DNA of 64,000 nt from an uncultured Candidatus Altimarinota bacterium (GTDB lineage Bacteria; Patescibacteriota; Gracilibacteria; BD1-5; UBA2023): NCBI GenBank assembly GCA_963751115.1, contig CAVVTN010000007.1, forward strand, positions 69 to 64,068. The letters are read 5' to 3'. The notes below the pieces were generated by a model, which ran no database searches, had not been told where the DNA came from, and saw nothing but the letters and a program-made list of their open reading frames with translations. Shown piece after piece: positions 1 through 10,316 of this stretch. Each line of letters opens with the position of its first letter. Positions within the stretch are counted from its first letter, which is position 1. A program made the translations under genes and the position numbers.

Positions 1-1146
1 TTATCCCGAAGAAAATATATAAAAGGAATTATTTAATTGGCAGATAAGGGAAAGTGTTCATTGAAGACCTGTAAAGCTGTTTTGTATCCGAGTATCCTTC
101 GGGGTCTGTTGTTGATAATATCTACCACTTGTTGAATTTGTGCCTCTGTGATATTGTCGAAATTCGTTCCCTTAGGGAAGTATCTTCGAATCATTCCGTT
201 CGCATTTTCGTTACCTCCTCGTTCCCAAGAATGATAAGGTTGAGCGAAATAGATGAACATCTTCATTGTTTCGGTAAATTCCCCATGTTTAGTAAACTCG
301 CATCCATTATCAAGCGTTGAAGTTTTTCTGAGTATTGCTGGTAAAGGACTAAAGAGTGTTATCATTGCTTGTTTCGTGTATTCTGCTGTTTTTCTTGGAA
401 TCTTTTTTACCATGAGGAATCGACTCTTTCTTTCTAGTTCTGTATGGAGAGCTGATCATATTCCTACTCAAACAATACTGTCTCATTCCCAGTGTCCGAT
501 CGTTTCTCGATCTTCCACTTCTTTTGATCTCAAGGAGATATCTATTCTGTTTGGAATGAGTGTACGTCTGGTTTTTCTTCCAGAATGTTTCCGTCGTTTT
601 CGATGAGACCGAAGAAGATATTCTTTAAGCTTCAACTCTTCTCACTTTTTTGTGTATACGAATGAGTAGATTGTTTCCTGACATATTCGCATACTTGGGT
701 CATTCGGATATTCCAATTTTAACATTCAGGCAATAATATCAGGACTCCATCGCTCCGGTGAGAGTAGTTTCTCGATAACATACTCAAATACTCTTGGGTT
801 CTTGAGTGGAGCTCTCCATCCTGCTTGGCTTTTACGAGAGAGATACTTCATATCCGCTCGTCCAGGACGATAGACATAATCTTCTTTTTGTTTTTCTTTG
901 AGACCATTCTTCGCTTTGGGATATACCGTACTATTTCGGGCAATCTCCCGAGTAATAGAAGACGGTGATCTACCAAGTTCCTTGGCTATCCTAAAAGGAT
1001 TTACTCATTCAGAAATACGATCTCCAATAATTTCTCTTTCTTCTAGGGAAAAGTGTGTATACTGTTTCATAGGAACGGTTGATAGTGGGTAAGCACTTCT
1101 ATCATACTGTTCCTTTTGAATTTTGCACTTCGATTTAGATTATACG
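1..1146 (-). mobile_element. IS30-family insertion sequence, copy 1 (touches window start)
   Basis: 8-1146 is the reverse complement of 10317-11455, with one mismatch noticed. The terminal repeat cgtataatctaaatcgaagtgcaaaat ends at 1146. Bases 1-7 diverge from the corresponding part of copy 2, so the far end is unresolved. Confidence 0.85.
33..1070 (-). CDS. IS30-family DDE transposase (345 aa with TGA=Gly)
   Basis: One frame from ATG 1070 to TAA 33 across 6 in-frame TGA. Motifs GHWE-G(TGA)-D, DNGCEF and HSWERGGNEN are typical of IS30 transposases. The protein is identical to that of 10393-11430. Confidence 0.9.
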
Positions 1147-1204
1147 GAGGAGAGTATAAAAACTATTGTATAAAAATCAAAAGATTTTACAGGAGCTTTA
1201 CAAA

Positions 1205-1268
1205 AAATATCAAATCTCCGTCTTCGGGCGAGGATTTGATATTTCAATGGCTTCAGAATGAGGGGTTC
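1205..1268 (-). repeat. Remnant copy of tRNA-Gln 3' end plus its downstream hairpin
   Basis: About 80 percent identical by eye over ~58 nt to 1418-1474 (hairpin ...ggatttgatatt followed by tggNt...gaatgaggg). No complete cloverleaf can be drawn. Confidence 0.5.
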
Positions 1269-1387
1269 TTTTTTCTTAGTGTCGATTCCGCTTTTCAAGC
1301 GAACTCTCGCTTCGAAAAACGCCTTGTGACAAAAAGCCAAATTGTTGGCTTTTTCCCTAGTTCCTTCGTCACCAGTATCACTACAGT

Positions 1388-1406
1388 TTCGAATCCCTCA
1401 TCTCCA
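1388..1406 (+). repeat. Inverted fragment resembling tRNA-Gln T-arm/acceptor 3' end
   Basis: ttcgaatccctcatctcca versus ttcgaatccctcattccca of the intact gene, in the opposite orientation. There is no matching 5' half. Confidence 0.45.
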
Positions 1407-1454
1407 TATTGAAACATAAAATCCCCGTCTTTCGACAAGGATTTGATATTTTAT

Positions 1455-1528
1455 TGGTTGGGAATGAGGGATTCGAACCCCCGATGCCGGATTCAGAGTC
1501 CGGAGCCTTACCACTTGGCGAATTCCCA
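1455..1528 (-). tRNA. tRNA-Gln (anticodon CTG)
   Basis: Reverse complement tgggaattcgccaagtggtaaggctccggactctgaatccggcatcgggggttcgaatccctcattcccaacca folds as a cloverleaf. It has a 7-bp acceptor, anticodon stem ccgga/tccgg with loop ctCTGaa, T-loop ttcgaat and an encoded CCA. Confidence 0.9.
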
Positions 1529-1552
1529 ATATAATATGTACGATTCATTATT

Positions 1553-1626
1553 TCTCACACTACGGGATTCTCACTCCCGAATACCGGATTGCCGAGCCCT
1601 ACGCCTTACCACTTGGCGAATTGAGA
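1553..1626 (-). pseudogene. tRNA-like remnant (degenerate tRNA-Gln paralogue)
   Basis: The D-arm ttcgccaagtggtaaggc is identical to tRNA-Gln. The anticodon stem does not pair, the T-loop is gtgagaa instead of ttcgaat, and the acceptor pairs at only 5 positions. Confidence 0.4.
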
Positions 1627-1689
1627 AAATAGAATAAGCCGATGGATTATAGAGAAAAAGTGATTATTCGCAAATTTTTTTATCGAGAT

Positions 1690-2079
1690 TTAATCTTGCC
1701 TTTCTCATTCAGCATAAAAATCTGCATATTTCTTCACATGTTCTTGTACTCACTCTAAAAATAGTACTCTCGCACATTCTTCACGCGTTTCTTGTATTCT
1801 CTTTCCCGTGTTTCTTACTTCTCGTAGATGGACTTTATGGAGATATGTACAGACTTTCCGAAAATATACAGATTTGAGACGAGGTCAAACAATTGCTATA
1901 ATTTTTGGATAATTATTTTTTACTAACTGTAATATATATTCATTAATTTCTTTTTCTTCAACTTCTGTATCTCGCTTCTGGTTCAAAAAAGTCATTAAAT
2001 TATTTTTCAGTCCTGTTTTTAATGGTTTAATATCTGCCTTGATTTTTTCGTCTATATTATTGCAAAGTTGTTCTGACAT
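1690..2079 (-). CDS. hypothetical protein (129 aa)
   Basis: Track ORF 1885-2079 continues through 3 in-frame TGA to TAA at 1690. A 65-codon extension with no TAA/TAG in AT-rich DNA favours coding. Confidence 0.4.
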
Positions 2080-2181
2080 ATTGTTGAAATTATTATTAGT
2101 ATAACTTGCTTTAGTTATACCACAAAACCATTAAAAAAGCAAAATTATCGGGATATTTCTCGGGATATTTCTGAAAAATGG

Positions 2182-2210
2182 TTTGGAGGGAAGAGGGGAA
2201 TGGGTATAAT
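2182..2210 (+). promoter_or_regulatory. Sigma70-like promoter inside duplicated 54-bp module (copy 1)
   Basis: tttgga, 17 nt, tataat. The module 2173-2226 is roughly 90 percent identical to 3275-3328. Confidence 0.5.
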
Positions 2211-2280
2211 CGGGGGGAAGTTTACACTCTAAACTGAAAAAATATGAGAATATTTGAAAACTCCAAAGAATGATCCGTGG

Positions 2281-3086
2281 ATGTATTTGAAATGATTGTG
2301 CAGGGGTATGTGAATGAATGAATGAATTGAAAAATATGTAATCACTAACGGACTCTCAACGATATTTCTTGCGGGAGCACCAGGGGCAGGGAAAACGGAG
2401 TTTCTCGAAACAGTTTTAGATACAGAAAAGTTTATCGTGATCGATATTGATAAATATCGACAGTATTTCAGATGATACAATGGAAGAAATGCGGATTTAT
2501 ACCAAGATAGTTGTAGTCGGGTTGCAACGCGTATTTTTGATTAAATTGTTATACCTCGTCAGCTTGCTGCGAGGATTCCGCTTCCGAAATCACACGATTC
2601 CAGATACATACCCCGTCAGCTTGCTGCGGGGAGGTTGATTATTGCATCAAGAATCATCTCAAACTTATTTTCGATGGAACACTTACTTCAGAGATATGAC
2701 TGAAGAATATAAAAAAGGCACTCGAAAAACATCGAGATATCGGTATTGTACTCATATACCAAGATCCTGTTATTTCTTATTCATATACCATTGCTCGACA
2801 AGAAATGAACGAAAGAAAAGTGGATATAGATACTTTTTTGAGAATCTATTATAGTTCCATTCGTTATGTGTTTGAAGTTGTGGAAAGGTATACTGAAATA
2901 CAGTTCGTAATAGGTTCGAAGAATAAAAAACGAGAATGGAAGCAATTCTCGTTTCGGAAAAAAGATAAATTTGACAAACACTTCCGCGTTGAATACAATG
3001 AAAAAACACTCAGAAATAAATTGTGTCAACTCAATGGAAATACCCTCTATAATATAAAATGCAAACTATGACTCATCAAGAATTAA
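2281..3086 (+). pseudogene. Zeta-toxin-like P-loop kinase disrupted by a 98-bp insertion
   Basis: N-part 2281-2544 has Walker A GAPGAGKT and IDIDKYRQYF. C-part 2643-3086, in another frame, continues YCIKNHLKLIFDGTLTSE. Deleting 2544-2641 restores one frame (RIFD-YCIK). Confidence 0.7.
2544..2641. repeat. 98-bp hairpin-pair insertion element bounded by ttgatta direct repeats
   Basis: Two hairpins, cctcg-tcagcttgctg-cgagg and ccccg-tcagcttgctg-cgggg, carry compensatory stem changes. ttgatta occurs at 2537-2543 and 2635-2641. The 22-nt left junction ttgattaaattgttatacctcg recurs at 58312-58333. Confidence 0.7.
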
Positions 3087-3223
3087 AAGCACTCAATAAA
3101 GAATTCCGTTCGCTCGTTACGAAGGGATTGAGTGGATCCATCAAGAAGCAAAACGAAGTTTTCAATTCTTCACCCAAGAATAAACAACTTTTTGAAAAAG
3201 CAAAAAAATTGGCCAGTTATTAG
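3068..3223 (+). CDS. small hypothetical protein (51 aa) overlapping the kinase 3' end
   Basis: ATG 3068 overlaps the kinase terminal codons. The product is Lys-rich and looks helical, ends at TAG 3221-3223 and is followed by a hairpin terminator. Confidence 0.3.
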   Translation: MTHQELKALNKEFRSLVTKGLSGSIKKQNEVFNSSPKNKQLFEKAKKLASY

Positions 3224-3242
3224 GCATCGATTGGACAACATA

Positions 3243-3273
3243 ATCCCCTCCGAATCAGTTTCGGAGGGGATTT
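3243..3273 (+). terminator. hairpin terminator
   Basis: atcccctccgaa-tcagt-ttcggaggggat followed by a short T run. Confidence 0.5.
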
Positions 3274-3283
3274 CGAAAAATGG

Positions 3284-3312
3284 TTTGGAGGGGAGAGGGG
3301 AATGGGTATAAT
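3284..3312 (+). promoter_or_regulatory. Sigma70-like promoter inside duplicated 54-bp module (copy 2)
   Basis: tttgga, 17 nt, tataat. This is a duplicate of 2173-2226. Confidence 0.5.
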
Positions 3313-3345
3313 CGAGGAAAGTTTTACAAACAATTTTACTATTCT

Positions 3346-4527
3346 ATGAGCGATACCAGTACCCACTACAAAGAATATCTCGAATCCTACGCCTGGAAGG
3401 CACTCAAGAAGATGAAACTGGAGGAGCAACCCGATTGTGAAGCTTGCGGCGAAAAAGCAACGACGGTGCATCATCTCTCGTATGAGCGGAGAGGGAGCGA
3501 GAAAGCGGATGATATCGTGAGTATTTGCGAGAGTTGTCATCACCAGTGTCACCATGTGTGAGGGTATCAGATAAAGAATGATGAGGAGATTTTACGGAGG
3601 AGATTTGAGGAGGTGAAAGGGGATTTTGAAAAAAAGGAAGAGGAATCTGAAAGAGTTGAGATTGCTCCTGGTTATTTTAGGAGTAAAAACCATATATTTT
3701 ATCGTGGAATTATGGTAAAATGAATTGATTCAAAGTCTTTCAAGATTCTTAATTGAAGTTTTTCAAAAGATTATCATTATGTTTATTTTCATGAAGAATA
3801 CAGTACTGAATTAAAAAAAATTGAATGATTAGATGCTGAAAGTTTTGAAGTACTTACACATAATTATTCGAAAGACAAAAATAATATCTATACGGATAGA
3901 TGATTAAAGTTGCCTTTGCCAGTAGATTGAGTAGATATCAATAGTTTTGAAGTACTTAATAGGGAGTATTCAAGAGATAAAAATCATATTTATATCCATG
4001 CAACTCGAATTATAGAGGGGAGATATATTTCATTTGTTGAGAAAATCGAATGAGCAGATCCATACAGCTTTGAAATACTTGACTGGAATTATTCAAAAGA
4101 TAAAAATTTTTCCTACCAGTATCAGTGGAAAATTAAATGAGCAGATCCATACAGCTTTAATGTAATCGATCGTGATTATACAAAAGATAAAGAGAATGTC
4201 TATTACGGATGAAAACAATTACGATATGCTGATCCAAATACTTTTAAGATAATTGAGATTTTTTACTCAAAAGATAAAAATCATGTTTGGTTTCGTGATA
4301 AGCTTATTTTTGAGTGTAATTCAGAAACATTTCAATTAATTAATGGCTTTTACTCAAAAGATAAAAATCATGTTTGGCATATGGGAGAACGTCTTTTTAA
4401 TGCTGATCCAAATACTTTTGAAGTATTTGAACAAAATGATAGATATGCAAAAGATATAAAATATATCTATAATAGATGAGAAAATGTTTGGTGAGTCAAT
4501 CCTATAACATTCAAAATTCCTAATTAA
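3346..4527 (+). CDS. HNH endonuclease domain fused to DKNYY-type repeats (393 aa)
   Basis: N-terminus CEACG...HHLSY...CESCHHQCH is a His-Me finger. About 9 repeats of the form ADPxSFEvL...YSKDKNhvY follow. There are 9 in-frame TGA, five of them at the same repeat position, and the gene ends at TAA 4525. Confidence 0.75.
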
Positions 4528-4795
4528 TTAATTCATGATAAATATTTTAGAAAATATCAAAAAAGAATTATGAGACAATATGTGAGAATATTGTATTTGT
4601 TGAAGCGGAAAAAAATATAAAGATTGTTGTGAGATTTGATGGAATAAATCTTTTCTTGAAATTGAACATACTTTTGATTTTAATGACAAAAAATATAGTA
4701 GTAAGTTTTGATATAAAGTATTAGAGGCAGACTTATCAAAAATCTTCTGGGAAGATATTGTTTGATGAAAGCCGAATTGCACTATAAATAAATAC

Positions 4796-5554
4796 ATGAA
4801 CGATGCTATTAAATCTCATTTATTTTCGGAATCATATCTCAATAAAAATAAAGGTAATAAAATACAGGTATGGTGAATTCACAATGATGATAAATGTAGA
4901 AATTTACAGGCAGCAGCATCCATATCTACTCCTTTATTTTGTCATGATTATGATGAATTTTTCAAAAAAACTGATGAAATAACTACTTTTGAAGAAATAC
5001 TGAACGATGACGATAAAATTAATAATTGGTTTTTGAAAGTGCTATTTTTCAGATACAAAACAGTTACGGTAAATCTGCGACTTTTTTTAATTCAGATAAA
5101 ACTTGATGGTAAAATAAGTGGTGTTAACCTATACGATGAGTACTATAAACTATACGAAATATACAATATAATTTGTTCTCAGGTTGAGAAATATAATCAA
5201 ATAGAAAAAGTGGAATTAATAGTTCATTGTAAAATTCATATTGAAAATGATCCCCAACAAAACAAAATATTTTTTTCAAATATTTTTTTCAAAAAGGACT
5301 TAATAAACACTCCATTTTTAATGTCATTTGTTCATGATAATTGAGGATTTTTCTGTATAATAGGAAGTTTTTCTGATTATAAAATCCCAACTCATATTTT
5401 AAGTGAATTAAAAGAGCAAATTCAGCTCTGTTCTAGAGAAGGAGCTCCTTCTTTAATAAAATTTATTGAAAAATACTTTGAAACAAGTTCTTGATTTAAC
5501 AGGATAGGTTTTTTAAATGATAACATTATGACAGATTCCGCTGCAAGAATATAA
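4796..5554 (+). CDS. hypothetical protein (252 aa)
   Basis: Single frame from ATG 4796 to TAA 5552 across 3 in-frame TGA. It contains track ORF 5033-5344. No motif recognised. Confidence 0.45.
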
Positions 5555-5602
5555 AAGCTATTTTAGTAATCAAAAGAAATTTTTATCTCTCGCTAAAATC
5601 CC

Positions 5603-8600
5603 ATGTCCACTCCATTCCTCTCCACTTACTCCACCCTTAATCCCCGCCAACGTCAGGCGGTGGATACTTTGTATGGTCCGGTGCTGGTTATCGCGGGGCC
5701 GGGGAGTGGGAAGACGCAGATTTTGTCGGCGCGTATCGCGAACATATTACTCCAGACGGATGTGAATCCGAGCAATATCCTCTGTCTGACTTTCACGGAT
5801 AATGCCGCGAAGAATATGCGTGAGCGACTTTCTCGGATTATCTGTGCAGATGCATACAAGGTGGCAATTCATACCTTCCATAGCTTCGGGAATGAGATTC
5901 TGAATCGCTACCGTTCACGGATTTCGGACTATGCTGAGGCGACGCCGATCGATGAGATAGAAGTTTCGCGACTCTTCGACGAGATTCTAACCGCACTTCC
6001 TTGGAACGATCCGTACAAGCCGGGACAGAATGCCAATGAAAAGATTCGAGAACTTCGTACTGCGATTAAACTCGTGAAAGACGCGGGTATCACGCCGACC
6101 GAATATGCAGAGATTATCGAAACCAACCGCAAGACTATGACGGTTATGGAACCGCTCATCCGAGCTCACCTCGACGAACTCCTCTCTCTCGGTCAGAAAA
6201 AAGAAGACAAAATCCGCAAGCTTGAACTGTTTCGAGTATTTCACGATGCTATTATTCAGGCGTTTTCTCTCTTTCCTGAACACATGCATTCACAGGATAC
6301 TTTCGCGAAAACACTTTTAAACTCTCTTGAGTCTATTTGGGATCTCCAAGAATCCGAAACCGATGCCAAGATCGTAACCAAGTGGCGAGATGAATGGCTG
6401 GAAAAAAACCACGAAGGAAAATGGATACTGAAAGATACAACAAGACTAGATAAGTACACTTCATTAGCACAAATCTATATTCGCTACGAAGAACGAATGA
6501 AAGCCCTCGGGTATATCGATTTCTCCGATATGATACTTGGAGCGATTCGACTTGTGGAACAGTACGGAGATATCCGAGCCAATTTGGCAGAACAATATCA
6601 GTTTGTTCTCATCGATGAATACCAAGATACGAACGATGCACAACTCCGGCTCATCACCGATATTCTGTCTGTAACCGATACTCCGAATGTGTTCGCGGTC
6701 GGAGATGACGACCAATCCATCTACAAGTTTCAGGGAGCCAATACCAAAAACATCAAGGCATTTCGTGATCGATGGACTGACACAGAACTGATTATTCTCG
6801 AAACCAATTACCGCTCCAATAGTGAGATTATCGATACTTCGCGAGCGGTTATGAATTCCGCAATTCATTCCATTGGAGACATATTTCCGTGAGCGGTGAA
6901 ATCATTTGATTCGCATCATGGGCAAGGCGGAAGTGTTACGCAGAATATTTTCGAGACCGAGGCGGACGAACTCACTTGGGTGGCGGAAGATATAGAACGG
7001 ACAATATTTTGACCTGAAATTGCTCAAAAACGAAGAGATTTGCGTGAAAAATGAGTACCAGAGTGAGGCGTACGAGATAGTACGATGAACGAGGAAACGG
7101 AATTTTGAACACAAAGGTCGAGTTTTTCAGGAATTTCCCCGGGAGAAATTGCGGTTATTACGAAGAAGAATAAGACCCTCGAAAATCTCGGGAAAGTTCT
7201 TCTCTCAAAGCATATTCCTGTTGCACTCAGTAAGGATGAAAATATATTTGATTCCGAAGAGGTACGCCTCGTGGATGAGATTCTCGAGTACCTCGTATCA
7301 CTTCGTGGAAACGGACAACCTCGCGACGAGATTCTCCTCTCTATCCTTGCACATCCGTGCTTTAGGATTCACAGGCTTACTATCTGGGAAATCTCTCGTT
7401 CTATTTCCTCTGCTCGGCGAGAAGACCGCAAAAATTGGATAGAAGTTCTCCGAACTCACTCTGACCCAAATCTCGCAAATCTTGCAAATTTTTTGATAGA
7501 ACTTTCTATTCTCTCGCACCATGCTCGTCTCGAAGACCTCATGGATTATATTACGGGAGCAAATATTCTCATGATTCCTGATGAATACGATGAGGACCCG
7601 ACGAAGAATACACTCCAAATCGATATGTTTGGCGGAGGGAAGAAAGAATATATTTCCCCGATTTATTCGTATTATTTCGGGAATTTAAACTCCCCCCGAC
7701 CTTCGGCCACCCCCCTCGGCTGAGGGGGGCAATGAGCGGATGCGAATGGGGGGAGTTCTGCCACTCTCTATGCTCGACATCTTTCAAATATTCGCAAACT
7801 GGTGGAATCGGTTCGTTCTTTCAAAAAAGGATCGGGATTTCTCTCTATCCTCGATTACGGAGAATTTATCTCTCTTGTAAAAAAGTACGACGTACAAATA
7901 TCAGCATCGCATCTCGTCGGACACGAGGGAACGGCTGTGAATCTGATAACGGTTCATAAAGCAAAAGGATTGGAATATGGTCGAGTGTACGCCATCGGAC
8001 TCACTGAGAAGCAGTACAAGCTCGGGAAAGTTTCTGGTTCTCCACTTCCAAAAAACCTCCCACTCGCACCCGAGAAAGACGATGACGAGGATATCCGCCG
8101 TCTCGTCTATACGGTATTTACTCGTGCCAAAAAAGACCTCATTCTCTCGTATGCTCAAATGAATTTAAATGAGAAAAAAGAAGATCCACTCGGATGTTTG
8201 ACTGATCTCGATCCTACCTGGACAAATAGTTCTGTTGGTACTGAATCTCTTGTAGACTTTCTGGAACGTGAACGAAAGGATTTATTTTCTCTCCCATACT
8301 ACGGGGAAGAACGGGATTTTCTCGCTGACCGAATCGAGAAGCAGTTTACTTTGTCCGTGACGGCACTTCAAAATTTCTTGAATGTTGCAGATGGAGGTCC
8401 AGAACATTTTGTCTCCAATAATATTCTCCGATTTCCCCAAGCGAAAAGTGAATCTGCTTGTTATGGTTCTGCTATGCATAAAGCACTTGAAGTATTTTTC
8501 ACCGACTACAAGAAAACAGGACTGTATTCGAAATCTACCCTTTTAGATGCTTTTGAAACGGCCTTTAAACAAGAACGTTTTACTGAAAATATGGAACGGG

Positions 8601-9154
8601 ATTTTCTCGAACGAGGGACTGAAAATTTGAATGCACTCTATGCTCAAATCACTGGAAAATCTTATGGAGATCTCTATCTGGAGTACGATTTCCGAACGGC
8701 TTTCTGAGGAATATTTCTCGATGGTATACAACTTACTGGGAAAATTGACCGTATAGAAGTCATCGATAACGCGAAACTTATTATCACTGATTATAAGACG
8801 GGTGGAGGATTTGAATCGTTTTCCGATACGGGCTCCGCTTATGAGAAAATCAAAAAATGGAAATATAAACTCCAGTTCTGTTTCTATGCTATTCTTTTCG
8901 AACTTTCTCCACAATGGGCGAGATTTGGGCAAAAGGAATTCGCTCTTATGTTCATAGAACAGGATCGAAAAACATGACAATTTGTGACGGTCACTGATTA
9001 TGTACAACAAGGTGAAATAGAACGAACAAAATCGCTTATCCGAGCGGTTATGTCCAAAATAAACTCTCTCGATTTTCCAGATGTTTCTAGTTATAGTTCC
9101 GATATTGTGGGGATTCGCCAGTTCGAGGAAAATTTATTGGAGGGGAAGGTGTAG
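5603..9154 (+). CDS. UvrD/AddA-like SF1 helicase with C-terminal PD-(D/E)XK nuclease (1183 aa)
   Basis: Walker A AGPGSGKT, DEYQDT, VHKAKGLEY and VFTRAKKDL helicase motifs. C-terminal GKIDRIE...DYKTG nuclease motif. Track ORFs 5603, 7271 and 7802 share one frame, joined across TGAs, and the gene ends at TAG 9152. Confidence 0.85.
7688..7757. repeat. GC-rich nested palindromic element inside the helicase CDS
   Basis: Outer stem aactcccccc/ggggggagtt and inner hairpin cccccctc-ggct-gagggggg. It is read in frame as ...NSPRPSATPLGGGGQGADANGG.... Confidence 0.65.
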
Positions 9155-10316
9155 TGACAATACAATAAACCCCTATCTCTAGGGGCTTATATAGTTGGTT
9201 ATACCAAAGGAACATTACTGTCCTTGTGGTGAATTATCCTTTTTATCTACCCCATTATTATTGATGATGGTGGTTTTGTGTGCTGGTTACTTCCTTCTGA
9301 ACCTGTCTTTCTGGAGCAATCCATAATAGAACGCAACCAACCAATAATAGAACGAAAGAAAAAAGCGATATTTTATATGACATTGACATTACAACCTCCT
9401 TATAATAAATCAAAATTTGAAACTTTTGTATTTAATTTGAATACAAAAGATATGATTACATATAATCATATATATTTTTTTGTCAATTAATTTTCCTGTA
9501 CAAGGGAAAAACTATGTGTTATTCTCTCTTTGTTATGCTTAAGATTATTCTAGAGATATTATTTCTTTTTTCTCTTTCAAACAAAGCCAGATGTACATAA
9601 AATATTCTACAAGGCTGTCTGAATATCGAAAATAAGAAATAATATCTCTGTATCAAGGATATGTTTTTCAAGTATAAATATATTTCTTCATATATATTTC
9701 TATGTCTTTCCGAAAATACCAAGCAGCTATTCTTTTGGTTACTCTGAGTACTTCCGCATTTTTCCCTTCTGCGCTTTTCGCAAAGGATTCCGCAAATATT
9801 CCAGTAAATACTACACCCGTCTCTTCGCTTTCAAATGAGGATCGACAGAAGTTTTCAGAACAAAAACAACATTTACAAGCATTGGGAAATCCTTCTGAAT
9901 ATGCAAATATGGAAGTCCAATGGAATACAGAAAAACAAAAACCAGGAGAAGTTCGTAATCTTCATAAAAAAGCATCGAAAGATATCATCGGAGATACCAA
10001 ACAAGTGATCGGAGATCTTTCTGCTCTTTATAGTATTGCCCCGACATTTACACCCGATGTACGTTTAGAACAAGACAGTACATCTAAACTCACACAAGAA
10101 CGACATGTACGCTTGCAACAATTCCATAATAATCTCGAGATTGTCGGAGGAGAACTTATTTCCCACGTGGATAAGAATGGTTTTCTCTACCAAGTAGATG
10201 GTACGATTGACACACCTACTACTTCCACTATTCCTAAAATATCTGCAACATGATCACTGAGTATTGCAATGCAGGAGTTTGGAACGAAGGCAAAGTTTCA
10301 AGTCACTAAAAAGCCA

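Noticed and set aside
1553-1626. A second functional tRNA, possibly the tRNA-Gly(UCA) needed for table 25.
   Set aside because: The anticodon stem does not pair, there is no TCA in a loop context, the T-loop is non-canonical and the acceptor is mismatched. It is treated as a degenerate tRNA-Gln copy.
3280-3345. Upstream ATG 3280 as the start of the HNH-DKNYY gene.
   Set aside because: It lies inside the duplicated promoter module. The equivalent ATG in copy 1 (2179) runs into TAA after 17 codons, so the module is taken as non-coding.
9155-9701. Small ORFs 9278-9490 (plus) and 9519-9722 (minus).
   Set aside because: The gap is very AT-rich and promoter-like, between a terminator-like hairpin and the protease start. 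There are no motifs and the composition is typical of non-coding DNA here.
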